Origin: an uncultured Gammaproteobacteria bacterium
Lineage (GTDB): Bacteria > Patescibacteriota > Microgenomatia > Levybacterales > UBA12049
DNA length: 64,000 bases
Assembly: GCA_964637955.1 (NCBI GenBank)
Contig: CAZWXQ010000006.1
Span: forward strand, 26,926-90,925
Reading direction: 5' to 3'
How positions within the stretch are numbered: position 1 is the first letter of the stretch; the number at the start of each line of letters is the position of its first letter. This document shows positions 1 to 10,233 of this stretch, piece by piece. The notes beneath the pieces were generated by a model. It was not told the origin of the DNA. It worked only from the letters and a program-made list of their open reading frames with translations, and did no database searches. The position numbers were made by a program, and so were the translations under genes.

Positions 1-3000
1 AGAGCAAATACTGCAAATAACGGAGGCACTATACCTGTTGCTTCTGTGGCTGGTGCTACTTCATTTGCTTCTCTCGTGGTTAATAACTCTGGTGTTGGAG
101 ATATTTTTGCAGCTTCTAAGTCTGGTGCGACTAAATTCGTAATTAAAAATGACGGAACAATTGGTTTTGGGGATGCAAACTATACAAGTTGCGATACGCT
201 CTCAACTGATTCGTCAGCGCTATTAAGCTGCGGAGTTGCGGGCTCAAGCGTTGGAGATACGTTATTGGCCGTATATGTTATTTCTTCTCATGCAGGATTA
301 AATCTTACTGTTAATTTCAGTGGAGCAGCAAATTCTGCCCCAGCTTCATCAAGTGGAACTATTACATTTCCTTCAAATGCCTCAAAAATGACAGTTGAAG
401 CAAGAGCCGGTGGAGGAGGCGGAGGAGGAACAGGAGGAGCAACAGCTATTAAGAATGCCGGTGGAGGAGGAGAAGGAGGATATTCACGCGAATTTCTCAG
501 TAGTCTTTCGAGCACATACTATGTAAAAGTAGGAGGGGGAGGAAATGGAGGAGCTGCGGGAGGTATTAACGCTGGTGCCCAAGGTACCTCAACCTGTTTT
601 GGTACAAATGCGAGCGATGCTTGTTCTGGGGCAATGATTAATACTGCCGGAGGGTTGGGAGGAGCAGGTATTAATTCTGCTGTAACCGCAGCTGGAGGAA
701 ATGGAGGAAGTGCAACTGGGGGAGATCTGAATATTCAAGGTCAGTCAGGATTTGCAAGCGCTGCAGTAGCGACATCGAATTTCAGTGGAGCAGGAGGAGG
801 AGCAGGAGGAGGCCGTCAGGTAACAGTTGCCGGTGCGGATGGAAATAGCGGATCAAGTGGTGGTGGAGGATCTGGAGCTGGAGGTATTACTTCGGCTGCT
901 ACAACAAGAGCAGGAGGTAGAGGAGGAGATGGGTATATTGTCTTCTATATCTATAAGAGTGGGGATCAGAGTCTTGCTGGTTGGAATCAGTTTGCGAGTG
1001 GAGTTTTAGCTCCTGATATTTTAACTACTGATGTATTAATCGGTGGAAATTCTACAGAATCTGCTAAATTTGGCTTTTTAAATGTCGCTGGTGGAATTCC
1101 TACGGCTTCTATTTCTGCAGGTATCGGAAATTTTGCTACATATTTAACAGGTGATGGAACTCTTAGTACCACTAATAATTCGACTCTTACACTTGGAGGA
1201 GGAGCTACTGGAAATGTTCAAATTAATCCACTTGGTGGAGCTCTATTCTCAATCGGAACCTCAAATCCTCTTGCAAGCATAGACTTAAGATATTCTTCCG
1301 GAACCAACAGAGGTGGAATTACTGCAGTTGCTTCTGTTTCGGGAACCACTTCCTTTGCTTCGCTTGTGGTTAATAACTCTGGAGTAGGAGATCTTTTTGC
1401 AGCAAGTAAGTCAGGTGCAACTAAATTTGCAGTCAATAACAATGGTAATTTGCAGTTTGCAGGAACAACAAATAGTTTATCTACTATAGCTAGTGCTGCT
1501 ACAGCATCTAGAACCTGGACATTGCCCGACGCGACAGGGACTGTTTGCCTTACTACTACTTGTGCCGCTGGCATTAATCTGTTGCAGCTTAACTCTAATG
1601 TAATTTCTCAAAACAACAATACATATGACGTAATGTTTGGGGGAACAGCTACGGCTACTGCTAAATTCGCATTCATAGGTAATGCTGGTAGTGCGACTCC
1701 AATTGCAAGTATCTCAGCTACAACAGCAAGTAGCGGAAATGGAAATGGATTAGTATTTGATTCAGGCTCCTCCTCCATTCAGTCGCTAAGAAGAAATACT
1801 CTTACCGTTGGAGGAAATACCACTGGTTCTATTCAATTCTCAGCTGGTGGAAACTCCACATTGTTCATAAAAGCAAATGGCGATATAGGAGCAGGAACAA
1901 ATAACATTGATCCACGTTCCTCTTTTGATATAAGGTCAAATACGGGAAATTCAGGAGGAACTATTTCCGTAGCTAGTGTTTCAGGAACGACTTCATTTGC
2001 AGCGCTACTTATTGATCAAAGAGGAGCAGGAGATATATTTACAGCTTCTACAGCCGGAGTTCCAAGATTTTCAATTACGAACGCTGGAGGATTTAAAATT
2101 GGGGAACTGCAGGGATCACTAGGTGAATGTCTGAAGTCGGGTGGAGCAGGAGCTTCGCTATCTTGGGGAGCATGTGGAGGTAGTGGAGCAGCCGGAACCT
2201 GGACTCTAAATTCATTAAATGGAACTCATACACCTATTAATAATACAGCAGATCTATTAATTGGTGGAATTTCTACCTCTTCCGCACTGTTTAAGGTCAC
2301 AGGGTTAAGTAGTGCATTGTCAAATCTATCTGTGGGAATTGGTTCGATGACAAGTCCAACGGGACTTCTAAATGTTGAAGGAGCTTATACCGGAAAAGCA
2401 TTAGCTATATTCAATCAGCTAGGAAATCAGGATATATTTACAGCTTCTACTTCTGGTACTCCTAGATTTGCCCTTGGAGCTAATGGAGAAATAAAAGTTG
2501 GATCAGGCGGTAATCTTTCATCTGGAATATCTGGTCAGTGTCTTATTTCAGCGGGCAATGGGGCAACAGTAAATTGGGGTGGTTGTGCATCAGGAGCTGG
2601 AGCAGGTTGGTGGACACTTCAAAGCGCACAGGGTACAGTTTATCCTGTAAATGCAACATTGGATATGCTAGTAGGTGGCACTTCAACTTCAGCAGCTAAG
2701 TTTGCTTTTACTGGAAGTGCAGGAAGCGCAAATCCAATAGCTTCTTTCTCAGCAACAACGGTTTCAAATGGAAATGGAAACGGATTATCATTCGATTCAT
2801 CAAATTCTACTATTCAGTCACTCAGAAGAAACTCATTAACTATTGGAGGAAATACCACAGGATCTATTCAATTTATTGCTGGTGGAAATTCTACATTATT
2901 CTTAAAGGCAAATGGAGACATTGGTACTGGAACAAATAATAATGATCCAAAAGCTTCATTTGATATTCGATCAAATACGGCGAATGGTGGTGGTACTGTA

Positions 3001-5109
3001 GCCGTAGCCTCTGTTTCCGGAAAAACATCTTTCGCAGCTCTAGTAGTGAATAACTCAGGAACAGGTGACTTAATAGCAGCTTCTACTGGAGGGCAAACTA
3101 GATTTAAGATCACAAACAATGGAAGCGTAATGCTTGGAGGAGATTTTATAGCAGCAAGTAATACTGCAAAGTTAACTAATAATGGAAGTCCAGCAACTAT
3201 TAACGCCCTAGGTGATCAAAACAGCTTAGTTCCAAATGCTTCATTTGAAGTAGCAACAGGTTCTGGAGCGATATCAAATGATTTTGAATTTGCTGCAGGA
3301 TGGGTAGTTTCAGCTACAACTTCGGGTACAGTAAGAGTTGATAATAGCACATCTTCTCATGGAGACAGATCTATAAAAGTTCAATTTACAAATAATAGGT
3401 CTGCGATTTATTCTGCCTGTTTCCCTGTAAATGCAGTAGATACAAATGATGGATATAATATTAATTACAACTATAGATATACAGCAGCTCCAGTGCCAAC
3501 AGTAAGAATGGGACTAAGTTATTATAATTCTAAGGCGAATTGTAATAATAATACATCAGCTCTTCATACAGCTCCTTTCAGTACAGCAGCTTTAGGAGCA
3601 GCAAGCGCAAACTGGCAACAAGTTGCAGGGGCAGCTGTAACTTTAACTGCACAAAATGCAAGATGGGCAAGAGTAAATATTTTTGTAGCATGTACCACTA
3701 ACTGTACAAATGCAACCATCTGGCTTGATGCAGTAAGAGTTTCAATGCAGAGTTTGACTGCTTCTGGTCTTGATTTGGCTGAAAATTATACAGGTGACCC
3801 AGAGAATCTTGCTGAGCCTGGAGATGTAGTTAAGCTAGTAAAACGCGACGGAAAATCCATAGTTGTTCCTGCGGATAGTGTTTATGGGAAAGATGTAATC
3901 GGAGTTGTTACCACTAAACCTGGGCTTGTACTTGATGACGAGATGGATTCTCCAAAAGTGCCCGTTGTTCTTGCTGGAAGAATTCCTGTTAAAGTATCTA
4001 CAGTAAATGGAAAAATTAAAGTTGGAGATAAGTTGACCTCGTCAAGTATTCCAGGAGTGGCTATAAAAGCTATTAAATCTGGTCAAATTATTGGAACTGC
4101 GATGGAGGATTATGATAGTGATGAGATTGGTCAGATCGTAGTTCATTTCAGTCTTCAAAATAACTCAGGTAGCATTAGTGATTCATTTGAGAATGTTTCA
4201 CTTGAATCAAATTCGTTTGGAGAAGAAGTATTAAATGAATTAAAAAATCAGGAAAATCAAGGATTGTCAGGGTCTGAAATCGTAACAGATAGGTTGATTG
4301 CTTCAGTTGAGATCGTAACTCCAAAATTAACTGTAGATACACTTCATGCTAAGAAAATAATTGTTGATGAGATAGAAGGCTTAACTTCTATAAACAGTAG
4401 ATTAGCTGATCTTGAGGCAAAAGTGGCCACCATGAGCGCTACACAGTCTTCAGATAGTACGCTTAATGTGTCCGTAGAGTACGCAACGATTAGTTCTCAA
4501 TTATCTGAGAATAACATAAAACTTGAGCAGCAGAATAAGCTCATGCAGATGATAAGTGAACAGCTTGCTAGTTCATCAGCTAATACAACTTCAAGCTCAT
4601 TAGTAGCTATTGAAACACCAACATTTACTGATAATTTAAGAATTAAGGGGAATGCTCTTATTGAGGGAGTAGTAAATGTAGTTGATTCAATTATCACAAA
4701 TAACATCATAGTTAACGGTTTAGCGACTTTCTTCGGAGACGTAATTTTTAAATCAAATGCAACATTCGAAGGTCCAGTTACATTCAGTTCTGATATGGGT
4801 GGATCTGTAGTTATTGAAAAAGAAAAAGATAAAGCAGAGATTAAGTTTAATAAAGAATTTGAAGAATTGCCACTTCTCAATGCTTCGGTTTCATTTGAAG
4901 AGCAGAAGGACGAGGAAGGAAATGTTATTCCATCCGATGAATTACAGAAGGATTACTTTAAAGAAAAATACGAATACATAATCGTAAATAAGTCTAAGAA
5001 AGGTTTTGACATTGTTCTAAATAAAAAAGCTTTGACTGACCTCACATTTACTTGGACAGCTATAAGAGTGAAAGATCCGATAAATATTCAAAGCAGAAAA
5101 CCAGATTGA
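1..5109 (+). CDS. Giant repetitive surface/fibre (adhesin-like) protein, 5' end outside window
   Basis: Frame open from base 1. Recurrent modules (VASVSG.TSFA.L.V...G.GD.F.AS; AKF.F.G.AG..P.AS), a Gly-rich block, and a C-terminal DLAENY...PVVLAGRIPVK chaperone-like region. Confidence 0.75.
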   Translation, partial: RANTANNGGTIPVASVAGATSFASLVVNNSGVGDIFAASKSGATKFVIKNDGTIGFGDANYTSCDTLSTDSSALLSCGVAGSSVGDTLLAVYVISSHAGLNLTVNFSGAANSAPASSSGTITFPSNASKMTVEARAGGGGGGGTGGATAIKNAGGGGEGGYSREFLSSLSSTYYVKVGGGGNGGAAGGINAGAQGTSTCFGTNASDACSGAMINTAGGLGGAGINSAVTAAGGNGGSATGGDLNIQGQSGFASAAVATSNFSGAGGGAGGGRQVTVAGADGNSGSSGGGGSGAGGITSAATTRAGGRGGDGYIVFYIYKSGDQSLAGWNQFASGVLAPDILTTDVLIGGNSTESAKFGFLNVAGGIPTASISAGIGNFATYLTGDGTLSTTNNSTLTLGGGATGNVQINPLGGALFSIGTSNPLASIDLRYSSGTNRGGITAVASVSGTTSFASLVVNNSGVGDLFAASKSGATKFAVNNNGNLQFAGTTNSLSTIASAATASRTWTLPDATGTVCLTTTCAAGINLLQLNSNVISQNNNTYDVMFGGTATATAKFAFIGNAGSATPIASISATTASSGNGNGLVFDSGSSSIQSLRRNTLTVGGNTTGSIQFSAGGNSTLFIKANGDIGAGTNNIDPRSSFDIRSNTGNSGGTISVASVSGTTSFAALLIDQRGAGDIFTASTAGVPRFSITNAGGFKIGELQGSLGECLKSGGAGASLSWGACGGSGAAGTWTLNSLNGTHTPINNTADLLIGGISTSSALFKVTGLSSALSNLSVGIGSMTSPTGLLNVEGAYTGKALAIFNQLGNQDIFTASTSGTPRFALGANGEIKVGSGGNLSSGISGQCLISAGNGATVNWGGCASGAGAGWWTLQSAQGTVYPVNATLDMLVGGTSTSAAKFAFTGSAGSANPIASFSATTVSNGNGNGLSFDSSNSTIQSLRRNSLTIGGNTTGSIQFIAGGNSTLFLKANGDIGTGTNNNDPKASFDIRSNTANGGGTVAVASVSGKTSFAALVVNNSGTGDLIAASTGGQTRFKITNNGSVMLGGDFIAASNTAKLTNNGSPATINALGDQNSLVPNASFEVATGSGAISNDFEFAAGWVVSATTSGTVRVDNSTSSHGDRSIKVQFTNNRSAIYSACFPVNAVDTNDGYNINYNYRYTAAPVPTVRMGLSYYNSKANCNNNTSALHTAPFSTAALGAASANWQQVAGAAVTLTAQNARWARVNIFVACTTNCTNATIWLDAVRVSMQSLTASGLDLAENYTGDPENLAEPGDVVKLVKRDGKSIVVPADSVYGKDVIGVVTTKPGLVLDDEMDSPKVPVVLAGRIPVKVSTVNGKIKVGDKLTSSSIPGVAIKAIKSGQIIGTAMEDYDSDEIGQIVVHFSLQNNSGSISDSFENVSLESNSFGEEVLNELKNQENQGLSGSEIVTDRLIASVEIVTPKLTVDTLHAKKIIVDEIEGLTSINSRLADLEAKVATMSATQSSDSTLNVSVEYATISSQLSENNIKLEQQNKLMQMISEQLASSSANTTSSSLVAIETPTFTDNLRIKGNALIEGVVNVVDSIITNNIIVNGLATFFGDVIFKSNATFEGPVTFSSDMGGSVVIEKEKDKAEIKFNKEFEELPLLNASVSFEEQKDEEGNVIPSDELQKDYFKEKYEYIIVNKSKKGFDIVLNKKALTDLTFTWTAIRVKDPINIQSRKPD

Positions 5110-5731
5110 CCTCTGGTCAATCTGATAAGTAACTCAAAACTCACAAGTTCGTTAAGAGTTACTAACCAGATTAATTATGAATTAGAAATACAAGATTAGA
5201 GATTACAGAAACTAAATTAATTTTTAAATAACAATCACTAATCTATTATTCAAAAATTCATAAAGGAAAAGGAAATACAGAATTAAATCTGTATAGGAAA
5301 ACTAAAGAGATACTGATTAGGATCAAGATTAGAGATTACAGTTCTTAAATTTAATTTTGATATTTTAAATCACTAATCTAAATCTGAAATCAGTATAAGG
5401 CAAAAATATTGCTCATGGGGTTAAGGGGAGATCAGAGGAGCAAAGCACTGATTTAGCTTCGCTAAACCAGTATAAGAAAAACTAGAACTCTTCGCTTTAG
5501 GCGAATCGTTAAGTTTTTCTAAAAACAATAGGTCAGAGATAAGAGATTAGAGATCACAGTTTAGAAATTTTTAACATTACAATCACTAATCTCTTATCAA
5601 GATCTTGAAAATTATAAAGACCTACAGGGTTAATGTAGATCAGAAGTGGGCGCTACTGATTTAACTAAGTTAAATCAGTATAAGAAGCTCTAGAACTCGT
5701 CGCCTTAGGCGACTCGTTAAGAGGCTTCTAA
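5102..5731 (+). ncRNA. Candidate structured RNA array: 3 copies of motif 1 (hairpin-TAA-stem with AACTC/TCGTT internal loop) and 3 copies of motif 2 (AGATTAGAGATYACAG...AATCACTAATCT)
   Basis: Motif 1 at 5102-5165, 5447-5522, 5654-5731 with covarying stems; motif 2 at 5193-5244, 5326-5379, 5544-5592. Confidence 0.6.
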
Positions 5732-5748
5732 AGAAAGGAGGGAATAAT

Positions 5749-5808
5749 ATGAAAAAATTACATATCGCAGTAAGAAATTATTTACTGCTATTACAAACTG
5801 ATCCTTAG
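5749..5808 (+). CDS. Possible 19-aa peptide MKKLHIAVRNYLLLLQTDP
   Basis: Strong SD AAAGGAGG just upstream of ATG, directly after the last motif-1 copy. Confidence 0.35.
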   Translation: MKKLHIAVRNYLLLLQTDP

Positions 5809-6007
5809 GTATAAAAATAAAATTTAATTTTGGGCAAATTGTTACAGCTTTGGCGGATCAGGCTTTGATTCGACATAGCAACATAGAAATGCTTCATGTA
5901 GGGCTTTTAAAATAACATTACATGGACTGATTTCATAGACAGGTAGGCAATATTCGCCAAAGCTGTATAGGGCAAATAAGAGTAGGAGATTACAAAGAGC
6001 TTTTAGT

Positions 6008-8701
6008 CTAGAAAATATTTTTACTGTGGGATTTATTATGAGAGTGAAGTATCCACAGAACCAAGTTAAATATTGAGACTAGAAGGAAGGGAAGAGTTTT
6101 AGCTATCCCAAAGCTATTTAAGAATAAGAGCTCGAAGATAAAAGAGCCAATTATTAATACCTCAAAACTCATTCCGATAAAGTGCTCTGAGTAGTGAATG
6201 GATTTTCCTATAAAATCTAGTCCCTCTGATTGATGTTCAAGATTAATTTTAAATTTGAGATGCTCGCGCTCTCGATATTCAAAGAGAGGAGAATTTTTAT
6301 AATTCTTAGCCATTGCCATAAGTAAATATTGGGTTTTATCTTTTTTACCCTGTTTTTTTCTGAAGTAAAATTGGCCATATTTATTTGTTTTTGTGCTGCT
6401 TATAATTGCTTCATCTTCTTTGTCGGTTAAGTAAACATTGGCGTTAGGAATTGGTTTGTCATTTTCATCATAAATAACTCCATGAATATAATTATCATTT
6501 CTATCTTTTTTATCGACTAAGTAATAGAAGTAAGAAGGTATGTAGGAAATCGGGATTCTGTGTCTTTTTGAAAACGCGAAAAGAGTAAGAGCGATAACTA
6601 TTCCAAGGCTAATTATTGAAACTAAATCAAAAAATCTAGTAGAGCCTGTTAAATTTTCTGAATAAATTTGAGTGTTATAAATAAAAACATCGTTCAGTGT
6701 TCTTCGGTAATAATTAAAAAGACCTAGTAGAGAAATGTTGGTATTTTCAAGCGTTACATTTGGATATTCTTGGCCTTTATTTGGTCCGATCTCAAACTCC
6801 ACAGTTTTATCTTTATGTTTTAAATCAGAAATTTCTGCTTTATATCTTCCCTGAGGGAGAACTAGATTAAGTTCACCATTTGAATTGGAATAGATTGGAT
6901 TTCCTTCAGATAATGAGCTTGAAGGAATAATTTTATATGTTTTTGAAGAAGGATTGTAGGCAGAAATATGAACTCTTGCGCCTTCAATAGGTTTCTCATT
7001 CGTTGAAATGATTTTAAATTTTTTGACAACTTTTACTTTTGCAATTTGCTGCTCAGTAAGATTTCCATTCGCGTCATTTATTCTAAGAAAAAGTCCATAA
7101 TTGCCAGGATCTGCGCTTGTTTTTAGATTTCCAAAATAAACCCCATTTTCTATTTCAAGCAAGCTCACGATATCAGTATTGGCTTGGGCTTTTTGAGGGA
7201 AATCAAAAATGCCTAATATGTTTTCGTTTCTTAAATTTGCCTCAACTATGCTTGCATTTGTTTTATCTTGCATGGCGAATTTAAATTGAAATTCAGAATT
7301 TTGGGGAATAACTAAGAAATTATTTTTTTCTGGAATAAGTGAAGTTATGATGGTATTGTCGCTTGAAGCTATTAAAGACAAAATATTTGCACTCAGAGGC
7401 GATGAATTTGAAGCACTTTTGAATGTATAGATGTCAGAAATTACCTGATTATTGTTTTTATCTGTTGCATAAACTTTAAAGAAATATTTCGTATTAGGTT
7501 TTAGGTCCTTAAGGGAAATATGAGTTCCAAGATTTAAATTTGTAGATGATCTTTTGTTTAGATCATTTATTGAAGTGCCATACATAACAACTTTTACGGT
7601 TTTAATATTTGTTTGAACATAGACTCTTGCTTCGGTTGATTTTATTTCTGGAATTTCAATTTCTTCAAATTTAGGGAGTATTTTTTTTGGGGGAATTACG
7701 GGTGGGAGAGGAGTAGGGGTTGGAGTTGGACCTACGCTATGTTTGTAATAATCGTAGTTAAAGGAGTATGTTGTTGATGCGTTGCTAAATAGAATTCTGC
7801 TTGAAGTTCTAAATAATGTTTTACCGCTTTCGGTGTTGTTAGTTTTTAATTTAAATCCTACGAAAGCAGAGGTCGAAGCAGATGGATATGAGCTTATATT
7901 CCACGTTATAGTTCTATTTATGAGATCAATTACAGGTGGGGTATTTCCATACCCAATTGTTGCACTTCCGTTAACATATTCAAGGATATCTAGAGTTGCA
8001 TCATTTTCACCATCTCTGGTTCCTCTAGACCATCCCGCCTCTAAATTAAATGAAGCCGGTATAAAAAGAGAAGTGCCATATGTAATTTGATATTCAATCT
8101 CTTCATTTTCTCCAAAAACTATATTTCCAATTGGATTTATTCTTCTAATTAAGTTTTCAAAATCTGATCCTTTCGGATTCACATTTGCAGTAATTGCTAT
8201 TTGATCGTTACTTACAATTGAAAGTCCATATGCTTGAGAGTCAATTTCTTGGTCTGATGAATTTAAAGTAGTGATAATTCCAGTTTTGTTTCCTAAACTT
8301 CCTGTGGTTGATGAATTTGAAGCGAAATTAAAGCAATATAAATTACCTGCATTTGTTAGATTTGAGCTTGAAAAAGTAACAGTTCGATTTGTAATTGAAT
8401 AGGCAGTCAGTCCAACTCCTGGCCATGGGACGCCATTATCTGGAATATTTGATGTATCAACATTCCAATTTGAGGGATTTGAATCAATATTAAAATCCGC
8501 AGGGAACTGTACACTAACTTTATTTTCTATCCCTGAAGTCGCGCTAGATGGGGTAGCGCAAATCGTTCCAGTTAAAGTGGTGTTTGGAGTCATTCTATTT
8601 AATTTCAGCATTGCTGTGGTCAATTTGTCGGCTTGAGCGGAACTATTGAAAATTAGAAATAAAGAAATAAAAAGAGTAAAGATGAAATAACACTTTTTCA
8701 T
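6008..8701 (-). CDS. Secreted/membrane-anchored protein with fibronectin type III-like and carboxypeptidase-regulatory-like domains
   Basis: Signal peptide, PTPTP linker, LKPNTKYFFKV FN3 signature, two 'KPI..A.V' Ig-like starts, TM helices. Confidence 0.65.
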   Translation of the reverse strand: MKKCYFIFTLFISLFLIFNSSAQADKLTTAMLKLNRMTPNTTLTGTICATPSSATSGIENKVSVQFPADFNIDSNPSNWNVDTSNIPDNGVPWPGVGLTAYSITNRTVTFSSSNLTNAGNLYCFNFASNSSTTGSLGNKTGIITTLNSSDQEIDSQAYGLSIVSNDQIAITANVNPKGSDFENLIRRINPIGNIVFGENEEIEYQITYGTSLFIPASFNLEAGWSRGTRDGENDATLDILEYVNGSATIGYGNTPPVIDLINRTITWNISSYPSASTSAFVGFKLKTNNTESGKTLFRTSSRILFSNASTTYSFNYDYYKHSVGPTPTPTPLPPVIPPKKILPKFEEIEIPEIKSTEARVYVQTNIKTVKVVMYGTSINDLNKRSSTNLNLGTHISLKDLKPNTKYFFKVYATDKNNNQVISDIYTFKSASNSSPLSANILSLIASSDNTIITSLIPEKNNFLVIPQNSEFQFKFAMQDKTNASIVEANLRNENILGIFDFPQKAQANTDIVSLLEIENGVYFGNLKTSADPGNYGLFLRINDANGNLTEQQIAKVKVVKKFKIISTNEKPIEGARVHISAYNPSSKTYKIIPSSSLSEGNPIYSNSNGELNLVLPQGRYKAEISDLKHKDKTVEFEIGPNKGQEYPNVTLENTNISLLGLFNYYRRTLNDVFIYNTQIYSENLTGSTRFFDLVSIISLGIVIALTLFAFSKRHRIPISYIPSYFYYLVDKKDRNDNYIHGVIYDENDKPIPNANVYLTDKEDEAIISSTKTNKYGQFYFRKKQGKKDKTQYLLMAMAKNYKNSPLFEYREREHLKFKINLEHQSEGLDFIGKSIHYSEHFIGMSFEVLIIGSFIFELLFLNSFGIAKTLPFLLVSIFNLVLWILHSHNKSHSKNIF

Positions 8702-8855
8702 GAGCTATCTTTAGCATAGCCATCAGATTGGATATTGTCCATATTGCTCATTAATTTGTTTAAGATTATTTATGGTGCCAAATTTATTTTATTATTGAGG
8801 AGTTTTAATATGGTTTTCTTGACAATTTTTGGCATAAATAATAATCTAAATTAAG

Positions 8856-9557
8856 ATGAAAAAATCCCCAAAGGTGAAACTCTCACCTAAAAAGTTAGTT
8901 GTAATTATCGTCGTAATAGGGCTTTTGGTAGCAACTGTTATTGGATTGTTCTACATGATGGATTATAAAAAGAAGCAAGCAATTAAAAATAATCCCCAGT
9001 TGGCAACTGCACAAGACACAAAAGATATTGTTGAAAAAGTGGGGAAGCTCATAAAGCTTCCGAGCGAAACTCCTTCAATTGCAACTGTTTCAGATATTAC
9101 TAAGCTTAGAAATCAAACTCTTTTCCAAAATGCCCAAAACGGCGATAAAGTTCTGATTTTTAATCAAGCAAAAAGAGCAATTGTTTATAGGCCAAGTGAA
9201 AATGTGATTATTGAAATTGGAAATGTGGTAGTTGCTCCTGAAAGTTCACCTTCTGCTGGTTCACAAGAGGCTGAAAAGGTGAGAGTAGTTCTTCTTAATG
9301 CAACCACAACAGCAGGTTATGCTAAGAAAATTGGCGCTGACTTAGCAAGTGAATTCCCAAACCTTGAAGTTTCTAGCACCTCGAATGCAAATGGAGATTA
9401 TAAGGAGAATACAGTTTATGTAATTACTAGTAATAAAGCTTCGACTGACTTGGCAAAAAGCATCGCATCTTCTATAAATGGGGAAGTGAAGTCTGTTTTA
9501 CCAACTGATGAGACAAAGCCTGCTAATGCTGATGTTTTAGTAATCCTCGGCAAATAA
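8856..9557 (+). CDS. Membrane-anchored LytR_C-domain protein
   Basis: N-terminal TM; C-terminal VVLLNAT..AGYA...ADVLVILGK signature. Confidence 0.75.
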   Translation: MKKSPKVKLSPKKLVVIIVVIGLLVATVIGLFYMMDYKKKQAIKNNPQLATAQDTKDIVEKVGKLIKLPSETPSIATVSDITKLRNQTLFQNAQNGDKVLIFNQAKRAIVYRPSENVIIEIGNVVVAPESSPSAGSQEAEKVRVVLLNATTTAGYAKKIGADLASEFPNLEVSSTSNANGDYKENTVYVITSNKASTDLAKSIASSINGEVKSVLPTDETKPANADVLVILGK

Positions 9558-9629
9558 TACTGCTTTATAAACAAAAACCCACCAGTTATGGTGGGTAATT
9601 TGCAGCTAACATGAAGATATAATTCTTTC

Positions 9630-9832
9630 TTTAAGCTCGCCCAGTTTTGTAGACTCAAAAAGGATACAAGCACATAATCCCGCATATTTGTAGACTCAAA
9701 AAGGATACAAGCACCTGCCCAATGCTTGTATCCTATTTCAATCAAAATATGCGGGGTCTGCCTCCCGTATTAAACGGGACTTCGCAAGCTTGTATCCTAT
9801 TTCAATCTGCACATTTAAATGGGCGAATCTTA
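9630..9832. repeat. Nested direct/inverted repeat element
   Basis: TTTGTAGACTCAAAAAGGATACAAGCAC x2 (9647-9674, 9687-9714) and complementary GCTTGTATCCTATTTCAATC x2 (9724-9743, 9789-9808). Confidence 0.75.
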
Positions 9833-9990
9833 TTAAAAACAGCAAAAATGAATTGTTGAATTATCAAGGATTGGCAACTTAATCTGTTATTTTTGGCCTC
9901 AACTATTTAACTTGACAATTTTCACAGTTCCTGTTTCAATATTTACGGCAGTTAGTTTTATTCCTGCCTGAAAAACTAACTGTTATTTTG

Positions 9991-10054
9991 AAGAGCATTG
10001 CTTTTCGTACCTTGTATTTATCATCCTGAGTAACGAAAGCGATGCTCTTTTTTT
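9991..10054 (+). terminator. Long hairpin with T-tract, possible 3' end of a small RNA
   Basis: AAGAGCATTGCTTTTCGT...ACGAAAGCGATGCTCTT followed by T run; TTGACA at about 9912 upstream. Confidence 0.45.
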
Positions 10055-10086
10055 GCAAAAGAGCAGTCAGTTTGTTGTTTTATCTT

Positions 10087-10233
10087 TTATAAAAGTGCTA
10101 CTGGTAAATCTAATCCTCTTTCATTTAGTCTTGTTAATTGTTCACGCCCAAGCTTAGTCAAAAAATCTTCTTTTAAGTTACTAGCTTCAGGTTTTTTACT
10201 TATACCTAAAAGTTTTAAAAGTTTATTTACCAT
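10087..10233 (-). CDS. Small hypothetical protein (48 aa, MVNKLLKLLG...)
   Basis: ATG at 10233 with TTGACA-N17-TAAAAT promoter just upstream. Confidence 0.55.
   Translation of the reverse strand: MVNKLLKLLGISKKPEASNLKEDFLTKLGREQLTRLNERGLDLPVALL

Noticed and set aside
5102-5731. CRISPR array or T-box/known riboswitch
   Set aside because: Units vary in sequence with conserved structure and irregular spacing; no T-box consensus or other aptamer I recognise.
9647-9808. CRISPR array
   Set aside because: Only two copies of each repeat, a 12-nt gap in the first pair, mutual complementarity, and no cas genes.
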